A DNA stretch of 41,814 nucleotides. Source: an uncultured Bacteroides sp. (lineage in GTDB: Bacteria > Bacteroidota > Bacteroidia > Bacteroidales > Muribaculaceae). Position numbers and translations under genes: made by a program. The stretch spans positions 1 to 41,814 of the forward strand of contig CAZGAN010000001.1 of the NCBI GenBank assembly GCA_964523655.1, given 5' to 3'. Positions within the stretch are counted from its first letter, which is position 1. Each line of letters begins with the position of its first letter. Shown here piece by piece: positions 1-8,801 of the stretch. Below the pieces are notes generated by a model that was not told the origin of the DNA, did not search any database, and was given only the letters and a program-made list of their open reading frames with translations.

Positions 1-38
1 CTTGCAACGGTGATTATCAAATAATTATGTTCGTTTTC

Positions 39-69
39 TTTGCAATTTAGCAATAAATAATTATATTTG
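39..69 (+). promoter_or_regulatory. Bacteroidetes sigma-A promoter for the AAA ATPase gene
   Basis: TTTG at 39-42, 19-nt spacer, TATATTTG at 62-69; fits TTTG-N19-21-TAnnTTTG. Confidence 0.7.
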
Positions 70-110
70 CACTGAAAAAACGGTCGCACACTGCAACCAT
101 TTTTTCAGTG
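70..110. repeat. Imperfect inverted repeat overlapping the predicted transcription start
   Basis: CACTGAAAAAA (70-80) pairs with TTTTTTCAGTG (100-110); inner GGTCGCA/TGCAACC pair with one mismatch. Confidence 0.8.
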
Positions 111-132
111 GCAATATAAAAATAGCATAATT

Positions 133-1449
133 ATGATAATCGACAGAGCACAATACATAGAAAAACTGTATGCCAAACGCTGGAACGGCAAAGTAAAAAT
201 TGTTACCGGCATACGTCGTTGCGGCAAATCGTTTTTACTCTTCAAGTTATTTAAAAGCCGTTTGATTGAAGACGGAGCAAATGAGGACTGCTTTGTTGAG
301 GTTGCTCTTGACAGAAAGTCTGACATCAAATACCGCAACCCCAATCTGTTATACGACTACATCATTGAGCGTACAAAAGATAAGACCAAAAAGTTTTACG
401 TTCTAATTGATGAAATACAACTATCATATAAAGTTAAGACTGAAGATATTGACATGTCACTTGTGCCTGACGACGATAAGGAACTACTATACACTTCTTT
501 TTACGACATACTAAACGATTTGATGGCACAGCCAAATCTTGACGTGTATGTAACAGGCTCAAACTCAAAGATGTTATCAAAAGACATAGTCACTAATTTC
601 CGTGACCGTGGGTCAGAGATTCGGGTTTATCCATTGTCGTTTGCCGAATACTTATCAGCATCGCAGCACGAAAAAGCGGATGCGCTTGAAGAATATTTGA
701 TGTACGGTGGTATGCCTTTAGCCGTGCTGGAAACCGACGAAAATGAAAAGCGAAAATATCTGCAAGGTTTATTCACCAACGTTTATATAAAAGATATCAT
801 TGAGCGCTATAAATTAAAAGACGACACAATATTAAGTGCCCTGGTTGATGCACTGTCGTCATCAGTAGGCTCACTCACAAATCCCAACAAACTTGCCAAC
901 ACGGCAAGTTCGCTGATGGGCAAAACTCCGTCATATAACACCATATCAAACTATTTGGAATATGTTGAAGATGCCTTTCTGTTTCACAGTGCAAAGCGTT
1001 GGAATGTGAAAGGGCGCAAGTATTTTGACAAGATACAAAAATATTATGCTATGGACTTGGGACTGCGCAACGCTCGCCTAAATTTCCGTCAGCAAGAGCG
1101 TTCTCATTTGATGGAAAATTTAATTTACAACGAGCTCATAATGCGCGGATATTCGGTAGATGTTGGAATTGTAGAAGTATCGCGCATTGTTGATGGCAAA
1201 CGTGCTATGTCGCAATATGAAATAGATTTTGTTGTCAACATCGGCAACAACAAAGTTTACATTCAATCGGCTCTTAACATCGACACTCCCGAAAAAAAAT
1301 CGCAAGAAACTTTTTCTCTTAGAAATACCGGTGACTTTTTCCGTAAAATCGTGGTACTCGACGGCAGCGCCAAACAATGGATTGATGACGATGGCGTGAC
1401 ATACATCGGTGTAATACCTTTTTTGCTCAATAATATACTGCCGGAATAA
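133..1449 (+). CDS. AAA_14 family ATPase with C-terminal DUF4143 (restriction-endonuclease-like) domain
   Basis: Walker A GIRRCGKS, Walker B LIDEIQ, TGSNSKMLS, YGGMP, KYYAMDLGLRN, ENLIYNEL, EIDFV...YIQS. Confidence 0.9.
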   Translation: MIIDRAQYIEKLYAKRWNGKVKIVTGIRRCGKSFLLFKLFKSRLIEDGANEDCFVEVALDRKSDIKYRNPNLLYDYIIERTKDKTKKFYVLIDEIQLSYKVKTEDIDMSLVPDDDKELLYTSFYDILNDLMAQPNLDVYVTGSNSKMLSKDIVTNFRDRGSEIRVYPLSFAEYLSASQHEKADALEEYLMYGGMPLAVLETDENEKRKYLQGLFTNVYIKDIIERYKLKDDTILSALVDALSSSVGSLTNPNKLANTASSLMGKTPSYNTISNYLEYVEDAFLFHSAKRWNVKGRKYFDKIQKYYAMDLGLRNARLNFRQQERSHLMENLIYNELIMRGYSVDVGIVEVSRIVDGKRAMSQYEIDFVVNIGNNKVYIQSALNIDTPEKKSQETFSLRNTGDFFRKIVVLDGSAKQWIDDDGVTYIGVIPFLLNNILPE

Positions 1450-1512
1450 CAAATATGCGCTGTTATCTAATTTTTTTTGAGTGGAGAGAGAACGAAAAGC
1501 CGTGAGAATTGT

Positions 1513-1520
1513 TATCTTTG
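1513..1520 (+). promoter_or_regulatory. Putative -7 promoter element
   Basis: TATCTTTG 29 nt upstream of ATG 1550; no clear -33 box. Confidence 0.5.
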
Positions 1521-1549
1521 TAGTGTAAAACTTTAATCCTAGTCACGCG

Positions 1550-3871
1550 ATGAGATATGTCTATACCTCTATTGTTATTATATTGATGCTCCTTTTTACC
1601 GGTAATAGTGCTTTGGCTCAAGACAATACGCCAAGCAAACCACAATCAGTGGGATTAGTGCTTAGTGGTGGTGGAGCAAGAGGCATTGCGCACATAGGTA
1701 TAATTAAAGCATTGGAGGATAACGACATACCCATCGACTACATCACCGGCACATCTATGGGTGCGATAGTTGGCGGACTTTATGCCGCGGGCTACACCAC
1801 CGATGAGATGATGGAATTAATCACAAGTCAAGATTTCTCGTATTGGTCAACCGGCAAGATTGATCCTAAAAAAGTGTACTATTTTGTGCGCCAAGAACCG
1901 AGTCCGGCTCTTTTTTCGCTGCCAGTGTCGTTTCGTGACTCAACAACTCGAGCACAAGAGATACCGGCAAGCTTGATAAATCCGCTGCCCATGAATTTTG
2001 CGTTTATGAATCTGTTTTCGACCTACACAGCGCAATGTGGCGGAGATTTCAATAAGTTGTTCATACCATTTAGATGTGTGTCAAGCGACGTTGAAGCCGG
2101 GCACAAAGTTGTACACTCATCAGGCAGTTTGGGCGATGCCATACGCACGTCAATGTCATTTCCTATCGTATTTCAGCCGATCAAAATAAACGGACAACTG
2201 CAATATGACGGTGGCATTTTCGACAACTTCCCGGTTGATGTTATGACCACCGATTTTGCTCCCGACATCATTATTGGTGTGTCTGTGTCATCGGCAGAAA
2301 AAGGGCCACAGACATCGCTAATGGATCAAATAGAAAATCTTGTGATGCGTCGTCAAGACTACAGCATACCGCCCGAAAAGGGCATTAAAATAAGAGTTGA
2401 TGTGCGTCCGTACGGATTACTCGATTTCCAGGCAGCAAAACAGATATACGATAAAGGATACCAAAAAGGATTGTCGATGATTGACTCGATAAAGAGCCGC
2501 GTGACATCGCGCATGCCCAAAGTGGCACGTGCCACTGCGCGCGGCGCATTCAAATCAAAGACTCCGTTTTTGCACTTCGACTCGTTGTCGGTGAGCGGAG
2601 GCACTCCCAAGCAAAACAAATATGTGGAATATTTGTTCACTCCGGCACATGCCGACACTTTTGGCATCAGCCACGTGCGTCAATCATATTTTCGCGCCAT
2701 CTCTCCGGGACGTCTGCGCGACCTATTTCCACAAGCCATCTACAACGACAGCACCGAGCTATTTAAGCTCGATTTAAAGGCTACACCCAACGACAACTAT
2801 AAACTTTCGCTCGGCGGCTACATCACCTCGTCAACAAATAGCTTTCTATATGCCTCAGCTGCATACAAAACGCTGAGTTTCTCGTCAATCAGCGCAGATC
2901 TGCATGGCTGGGTGGGACAAAGCTACATGGCAGCGATGTTGCGCTCGGCGGTTAACTTGCGCACACGTGTGCCTTCGGGCATCAGTTTTTTGGGCGTAGT
3001 GTCGCGTAGCCGCTACTACGAAGATGAACATCTATTTTATGAAGACCGTGTGCCCACATTCATCATAGGCAACGAATATTTCATGCGCCTCAACTATGAA
3101 ATGGCAGCACGCGAGCGCGGAAAGTTCACCCTTTCACTTGGCATTGGTCACACCAACGACTCATTCTACCGTTCGAACAGCGACTTCAACTACAAGCTCG
3201 GACGCGACAATACCACCTATAATTTAGCTCAATTTCGCGCTGCCTACAATAGTTCCACGCTCGATGATGTTTCATATCCAACGAGTGGATATTACTATAA
3301 TTTCACGGCAATGGGCGTGATTGGCAACTACAACTTTAAGTCGGCAGATATACTTCTCACCGACGACTCCAACAAGCCAAAATGGGCACAAATAGAAGTG
3401 CGCACACGCAACTATTTCGATGTGTCAAAGCATTTCAGCTTTGGTATTGAAGGTGATGTGATGGCTTCGACACACAAACTGGAGTCAAACTACAGCGCTG
3501 CATTGGTGAATGCGCCAGCCTACTACCCCACTCCAATGTCGTACAACACCTTTAATCCGGCATTTCGTGCAAACAGTTTTATAGGCGTTGGCGCAGTGCC
3601 AATCTACAAATACAATTCAAGCATATCAGCCCGATTGAGCTTACACGCATTTTTGCCCATGCGACGCATAGTTGAAGCCGAAAATGCCGCTGCACGCTAC
3701 GGTTCATGGTTCTCTCACCCCAAATATTTTGGCGAGCTCGATTTGTGTTACAGTCTGCCATTTAACGCCACATTATCAGCATATTTAAACTACGCATCAA
3801 CAGCATCACAGAATTGGAATGTGGGGCTTTCACTAGGTGTATTCATACTTGCGCCCAGATATTTGCGTTAA
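1550..3871 (+). CDS. Patatin-like phospholipase with probable C-terminal outer-membrane beta-barrel (PlpD/type Vd-like)
   Basis: Signal peptide ALA-Q; LSGGGARG oxyanion loop, GTSMG nucleophile, DGG; C-terminal half has alternating aromatic beta-strand pattern. Confidence 0.85.
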   Translation: MRYVYTSIVIILMLLFTGNSALAQDNTPSKPQSVGLVLSGGGARGIAHIGIIKALEDNDIPIDYITGTSMGAIVGGLYAAGYTTDEMMELITSQDFSYWSTGKIDPKKVYYFVRQEPSPALFSLPVSFRDSTTRAQEIPASLINPLPMNFAFMNLFSTYTAQCGGDFNKLFIPFRCVSSDVEAGHKVVHSSGSLGDAIRTSMSFPIVFQPIKINGQLQYDGGIFDNFPVDVMTTDFAPDIIIGVSVSSAEKGPQTSLMDQIENLVMRRQDYSIPPEKGIKIRVDVRPYGLLDFQAAKQIYDKGYQKGLSMIDSIKSRVTSRMPKVARATARGAFKSKTPFLHFDSLSVSGGTPKQNKYVEYLFTPAHADTFGISHVRQSYFRAISPGRLRDLFPQAIYNDSTELFKLDLKATPNDNYKLSLGGYITSSTNSFLYASAAYKTLSFSSISADLHGWVGQSYMAAMLRSAVNLRTRVPSGISFLGVVSRSRYYEDEHLFYEDRVPTFIIGNEYFMRLNYEMAARERGKFTLSLGIGHTNDSFYRSNSDFNYKLGRDNTTYNLAQFRAAYNSSTLDDVSYPTSGYYYNFTAMGVIGNYNFKSADILLTDDSNKPKWAQIEVRTRNYFDVSKHFSFGIEGDVMASTHKLESNYSAALVNAPAYYPTPMSYNTFNPAFRANSFIGVGAVPIYKYNSSISARLSLHAFLPMRRIVEAENAAARYGSWFSHPKYFGELDLCYSLPFNATLSAYLNYASTASQNWNVGLSLGVFILAPRYLR

Positions 3872-3908
3872 TTATTGTTAACATAGTATTATGTATTGAA
3901 AATCAAGC

Positions 3909-3916
3909 TATCTTTG
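3909..3916 (+). promoter_or_regulatory. Putative -7 promoter element
   Basis: TATCTTTG in an AT-rich intergenic region upstream of ATG 3960. Confidence 0.55.
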
Positions 3917-3959
3917 CACTTTATAAACCTCTAATTACTTACATAATTAATTAATTTGT

Positions 3960-5180
3960 ATGAAAAAATTCTACTCTCTCGCAGTTTTATTAGCTGCAAC
4001 AGCGCTTTCAGCGTCAGCATTCAACAAGTTACCGATTAAAGATGGCACACCCATAAAACTCAGTAACAGTGCTGCTATCGAAAAGCTTGCAATTAATCAC
4101 AAACAACCTGTGATCACCGAAGGTTTGCAATCTTTGTCTCAAATGCCCAAAAAGCATCAAGCGAAAGCTGCTCAACAAAAAGTGATGAGCAGAGAGGATC
4201 TTGTTGGCAACATCTTCTCTATGGGCTTTTACTATTATTCTAATAGCTATGACACTTGGTTTACTGACGATACTCCATTAGAAGTATATGATGCAGGTGA
4301 CTATGCTTCTGACGGTTATGACATCATACTTAACAACTTCAGAGTAATAGGTTTTGCTGCCATTGCTAAATATGATGAAGAAACCGGTGAAATCTCAATT
4401 CCAATGCAACAAGTTTATGGAGAGGAGGATGAAGAAACCGGTACTGTATATAACTACTATATATCAAAACTCCAATATGTAACCGGTCAAGGTTGGGGTA
4501 TTGACAGTAGTGATATTGTGCTCAGCAATGACGGTAATTCTTTCGCTAATGAGAGTGACTATTGGGGAATTATTCTTGAAGAAGTTACTGATGAAGGTTC
4601 TGATAGTGGTTTGGCTGATCTTGACGCGTATATGTATTTCGACGAAGCAAACACAATGTTCCAATATACTGAAACATACGAAGACGAAGATTACACATCT
4701 TACAAGTATGAACTTTCAGAATACGCTGACAATGTTCTCACCGTATATAACTGCGCAGGCTTTGGTTGCACTGTAAAATTTGATATCAATGCAGAAGCAA
4801 AAACTGCAACAGCTACCAAACAAGTTATTTACGAACCCAGCGCTACCAGCTTTTATTATTTAGGCACTAGCGATGGAACTAAAGAAGTTGTTGGTCAAAT
4901 AATCACCAGCGAAGAATATCCGGGATATTCTTACATATACATTCCTGATTTCAGCATCATCTCAGGTACTAAAGTTGTATTGACTTACACAAACGCATTT
5001 TTTGTTGTGCCGTTTGATTTGACTTCAGCAGCAGGTGTTAAAAACATCACTGTTGACAACAATAATAACGGTGAAGTTGAATACTTCAACTTGCAAGGTG
5101 TGCGCGTTGACAATCCGACTCCCGGACAACTCGTCATCAAACGACAAAACGGCGTAAGCAGCAAACAAATCATCAAATAA
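3960..5180 (+). CDS. Secreted acidic protein of unknown function with T9SS-type C-terminal domain
   Basis: Signal peptide (ALSASA); C-terminus GVKNITVDNNNNGEVEYFNLQGVRVDNPTPGQLVIKRQNGVSSKQIIK matches the YxLxG...K pattern of Bacteroidales T9SS cargo. Confidence 0.75.
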   Translation: MKKFYSLAVLLAATALSASAFNKLPIKDGTPIKLSNSAAIEKLAINHKQPVITEGLQSLSQMPKKHQAKAAQQKVMSREDLVGNIFSMGFYYYSNSYDTWFTDDTPLEVYDAGDYASDGYDIILNNFRVIGFAAIAKYDEETGEISIPMQQVYGEEDEETGTVYNYYISKLQYVTGQGWGIDSSDIVLSNDGNSFANESDYWGIILEEVTDEGSDSGLADLDAYMYFDEANTMFQYTETYEDEDYTSYKYELSEYADNVLTVYNCAGFGCTVKFDINAEAKTATATKQVIYEPSATSFYYLGTSDGTKEVVGQIITSEEYPGYSYIYIPDFSIISGTKVVLTYTNAFFVVPFDLTSAAGVKNITVDNNNNGEVEYFNLQGVRVDNPTPGQLVIKRQNGVSSKQIIK

Positions 5181-5208
5181 GTGATATTCATAGCTATTAA
5201 ATAGCCTC

Positions 5209-5249
5209 AAAAAAAGGCCGACTCCATTTTTTTGGAATCGGCCTTTTTT
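5209..5249. terminator. Bidirectional intrinsic terminator between convergent genes
   Basis: A-tract, GGCCGACTCCA, loop, TGGAATCGGCC, T-tract; one mismatch in the stem. Confidence 0.9.
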
Positions 5250-5270
5250 ATGATCTAACTTTGTGAAATT

Positions 5271-5939
5271 TTACTCGTTGATGTATGGGAGCAAGAAATC
5301 GCGCCAAGCGAGGTATCCGGGCGCAAGAAGATGCAAACCATCGTTTGTCCAGTCTTTTTTGAGATTACCTTCATCGTCGCAAAAAAGCGGATTAGAGTTT
5401 ATCCAAATGCAACCTTTCGATTTGGCTATCGGCTCAAGAAGCGCATTTATGTCGCGAATCACTTGTTCCTTGCCAAACATGAGTTTATATCTGCCAAAGC
5501 TATTGTTTATAGGCAATAGGCTTTGCACATAAAGACGCGTTTGCGGAGTGCGTGTGCGTATAATGTCAATCAGTTCGCCGAGAGCATTGGCAATAGAGTC
5601 GGCAGAGAGATTGTGACTAACATCGTTAACGCCGGTGAGGAGAAATATTTTGGCAGGATGGCCGTTAACTATTGGGTCGATACGGTCTTTAATACCTTCA
5701 ACTATATCGCCGTTAATGCCACGATTGAGCACTTTCGGGTTATTAAACAATTCGTGCCACTCGCAGCCGTGCGTAAGCGAGTTGCCAAGCATAACAATCG
5801 ACGTTGAGTCGCAGCCAAGCGCATCAAACAGCGAGGCACGTTGCCAATAAAGCTCAGTGTAGTTTTTTGCCGGCTGAGGCGTTTGAGCTAATGATGCAAG
5901 TGGAGCTAACATGGCAGCAAAGAAAAGAAGTTTTTTCAT
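5271..5939 (-). CDS. Exported SGNH/GDSL hydrolase (carbohydrate O-acetylesterase-like)
   Basis: Signal peptide SLA-Q; blocks GNSLT, NRGINGD, GVND, DGLH. Confidence 0.88.
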   Translation of the reverse strand: MKKLLFFAAMLAPLASLAQTPQPAKNYTELYWQRASLFDALGCDSTSIVMLGNSLTHGCEWHELFNNPKVLNRGINGDIVEGIKDRIDPIVNGHPAKIFLLTGVNDVSHNLSADSIANALGELIDIIRTRTPQTRLYVQSLLPINNSFGRYKLMFGKEQVIRDINALLEPIAKSKGCIWINSNPLFCDDEGNLKKDWTNDGLHLLAPGYLAWRDFLLPYINE

Positions 5940-5954
5940 TTGAGAGTTGAGGAG

Positions 5955-6770
5955 TTAAGAGTTATGATATGCGTCGACGGCAGCCTTCACCGAGCCGTGG
6001 AGCAGGAGCAGACGTTTAGCATCGTCGTAAGGTAATCCAAGCTCATCAATCACCATGCGAGTGCCACGGTCAACGAGCTTGGCATTAGAGAGTTGCATAT
6101 TCACCATTTTGTTGCCTTTGACTCTGCCCAGCTGAATCATGGCAGTGGTGGTAATCATGTTGCATATTAGTTTTTGTCCGGTGCCCGATTTCATGCGAGA
6201 GCTGCCGGTCACATATTCCGGGCCAACAATCATTTCAATAGCAATGTCGGCAGCGTGGCTGAGCGGAGCATCAGGGTTTGAGGTTATAGCACCGGTTAGT
6301 ATGCCATGCTCACGACAAGCATTGAGGGCGCCGATAACATAGGGAGTAGTGCCTGAAGCGGCAATACCGATAACGGTATCTTTCTTATTAACATTGAATG
6401 CTTGCAAGTCGCGCCAACCTTGCTCGGTGTCGTCTTCAGCATTCTCAACCGGATTGCGGAGAGCAGTATCACCTCCGGCAATAATGCCCACAACCAGCGA
6501 CGGATCCATGCCGTATGTTGGCGGTATTTCAGAAGCATCGAGCACTCCAAGACGACCGGAAGTGCCTGCGCCCATGTAGAAAATGCGACCGCCTTGTTTC
6601 ATGCGCTTCACAATTTCAGTCACGAGCTTTTCTATTTGAGGAATGGCTTTTTCAACGGCAAGAGCCACTTTTTTATCTTCATTATTTATGTCGTGGAGTA
6701 TTTCGCCCACTGATTTTTTCTCAAGATTATTGTAGAGAGAAGGTTGTTCTGTGATTTTAACGAAAGCCAT
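5955..6770 (-). CDS. murQ: N-acetylmuramic acid 6-phosphate etherase
   Basis: GAGTSGRLGVLDASE, GIAASGTTPYV, GPEYVTGSSRMKSGT, GRVKGNKMV, NAKLVDRG. Confidence 0.96.
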   Translation of the reverse strand: MAFVKITEQPSLYNNLEKKSVGEILHDINNEDKKVALAVEKAIPQIEKLVTEIVKRMKQGGRIFYMGAGTSGRLGVLDASEIPPTYGMDPSLVVGIIAGGDTALRNPVENAEDDTEQGWRDLQAFNVNKKDTVIGIAASGTTPYVIGALNACREHGILTGAITSNPDAPLSHAADIAIEMIVGPEYVTGSSRMKSGTGQKLICNMITTTAMIQLGRVKGNKMVNMQLSNAKLVDRGTRMVIDELGLPYDDAKRLLLLHGSVKAAVDAYHNS

Positions 6771-6782
6771 ATATACGATACA

Positions 6783-7619
6783 TTAAGAGTGGAAACTGAT
6801 GAGACCCTGCATGGGGCTTTTGATGATGGTGCCAACAGTGCAATCGCACATGCCGGCAGCCTCAACAAGCACATCCTTGTAGTAGTAAGCAATAGAGCCA
6901 ACAAAGTTAACTTTCAAGTCTTTATATCCGTCATATTGGGTGATATTTCGCTTAAAGAATGCTTTAAACGAGCGGAGCACCAAGTTGTGGATCTCCGGCT
7001 CATTAATGTTTTGCAACAAGAACGGAGAAACTGAAGCTAAGAATCGATTGGCTTGAGGTTCGCGATACACACGCTGTATGATTGTCATGCGGTCAAGACC
7101 GTATTGCAACAAAAACTTATTGCAAAGATGCTCGGGAAGCTGATTTTTTAAGATATCGCCAATCAGTATCTTGCCAAGCACTGCGCCCGAACCTTCATCG
7201 CCGAGTATGTATCCCAGCGGTGAAACGTTGCTGCATATTTTATCGCCATCATAATAGCAAGAATTAGAGCCGGTGCCGAGTATGCAAGCTATACCGGCGC
7301 TATGGCCAAAGAGAGCACGTGCTGCCGCGAGTAGGTCGGTGTGCACTTCAACAATTTCAGCCTTGAGATTGGCACGAAGAGCATTTGCCACATTATTGCA
7401 AACTTGTTCATTGATGCATCCGGCGCCGTAAAAGTACACCTCATGCACCTCAAAATCTTTGATTTCGGGCACAAGTTCATTGGCAAAGCGTTGCGCCATT
7501 TCTTCATGTGTCAGCATCACAGCGTTCATGCCGCACGTGAAGATTTGCTTCATCACCTTTCCATTATTAATTAAGCACCAATCAATTTTAGTGCTACCAC
7601 AGTCAGCAATAAGTTTCAT
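6783..7619 (-). CDS. murK: BadF/BadG/BcrA/BcrD-family amino-sugar kinase (MurNAc kinase MurK-like)
   Basis: IADCGSTK, FYGAGC, DLLAAAR, ILGTGSNS, GYILGDEGSGA, VGSIA; directly upstream of murQ. Substrate inferred from context. Confidence 0.75.
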   Translation of the reverse strand: MKLIADCGSTKIDWCLINNGKVMKQIFTCGMNAVMLTHEEMAQRFANELVPEIKDFEVHEVYFYGAGCINEQVCNNVANALRANLKAEIVEVHTDLLAAARALFGHSAGIACILGTGSNSCYYDGDKICSNVSPLGYILGDEGSGAVLGKILIGDILKNQLPEHLCNKFLLQYGLDRMTIIQRVYREPQANRFLASVSPFLLQNINEPEIHNLVLRSFKAFFKRNITQYDGYKDLKVNFVGSIAYYYKDVLVEAAGMCDCTVGTIIKSPMQGLISFHS

Positions 7620-8797
7620 ATTTTGATGTAAATTTTGTTTCTATATAATACATATCCCACGCACCAATTAATGCATACGAAAATGATAGCGAAGAAGAGC
7701 GATGCGAGAGTGATATTGTATGCAGCGATGGGCATACACAATACTTCAAAAATCCAGCCATGTATTGAGATATAGCCGTCAGCAGCCATGTAATATGGCA
7801 CTTTTATAAAGCTGAAGAGCAGGCTCAACACAGAGCCAAGCACATACATAAACAAGGGGTTCACGCCAAAAGCCTCGAAGAAACGACACCAGCGTTTGTA
7901 GCCCTTTATGTCAATTATCCATATCAGCAATGCGAGAAAACTTGAAGCTAAGCCACAAGTTGTTATCACAAATGTTGGTGACCAGATTTTTTTGTTGATG
8001 GGAAGACCATACGACAACAAAAATCCGGCAAAAGTGAGAGACGTTCCTACTATGAATAACTTATTAATGCGCGTTTTGTTGTCTTTAGATGCAATAATTA
8101 ACGAACCGCACACATATCCAATAAGCATGTGAGCGATAGCCGGGAGTGTGCTCAAGAGTCCCTCGGGGTCAAAATCGAGAGTAACACCGTCAATAGTGTC
8201 GCTATACATGTGTTTAGCGCCAAACACAGCGTGATCAACAATTGAAATTATATTGTTGTTTGAGAATTCATAGCCATTACCAATAAGCAGCAAGAAGCTA
8301 TATATCACAAGAATAGCACCTATCACCCAAGTCACAGAGCGTTTGAATAGCAGCGCTATCACCGAGCCGATGCCATAGCATAGCGCCAAACGTTGCATCA
8401 CGCCAAGAGCGCGCATCGAGTCAAAGTTGTTTATCGCTTGCCAAAGGGTAGCTTCGCCTCCGGTGAGAGCTCGTAAAAATCGCGCAAGCCAAGCGATAGC
8501 CATACCTATGGCAAAAATCACTACAGTGCGACGCAATATTTTGAGCGCAGCAGCGGCAGATAGTTTGAAGTCGTATTTGCGCAACGAAAAATATGTTGAC
8601 ACTCCCATAATGAACATGAAAAACGGGAATACCAAATCAGTTGGAGTGAGCCCATTCCACTCAGCATGACAAAGAGGAGCGTAAATATCGCTCCACGTGC
8701 CGGGATTGTTGACCAAAATCATGCCTGCGATGGTTATGCCTCGCAGTATGTCTAGCGCCAAAAGGCGTTGCGGCCGTTGTTTAAGGTTGGTATGCAT
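7616..8797 (-). CDS. DUF5009/HGSNAT-like polytopic membrane protein (MurT/NagX-like)
   Basis: RLLALDILRG, MILVNNPG, HAEWNG, DLVFPFF, GVMQR, FDPEGLLS, PINKKIWS; start moved to ATG 8797, just after the upstream stop. Confidence 0.85.
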   Translation of the reverse strand: MHTNLKQRPQRLLALDILRGITIAGMILVNNPGTWSDIYAPLCHAEWNGLTPTDLVFPFFMFIMGVSTYFSLRKYDFKLSAAAALKILRRTVVIFAIGMAIAWLARFLRALTGGEATLWQAINNFDSMRALGVMQRLALCYGIGSVIALLFKRSVTWVIGAILVIYSFLLLIGNGYEFSNNNIISIVDHAVFGAKHMYSDTIDGVTLDFDPEGLLSTLPAIAHMLIGYVCGSLIIASKDNKTRINKLFIVGTSLTFAGFLLSYGLPINKKIWSPTFVITTCGLASSFLALLIWIIDIKGYKRWCRFFEAFGVNPLFMYVLGSVLSLLFSFIKVPYYMAADGYISIHGWIFEVLCMPIAAYNITLASLFFAIIFVCINWCVGYVLYRNKIYIKI

Positions 8798-8801
8798 GGA
8801 A

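Noticed and set aside
1471-1478. T8 homopolymer as a phase-variation tract
   Set aside because: Short, intergenic and outside the promoter spacer; expected in AT-rich DNA.
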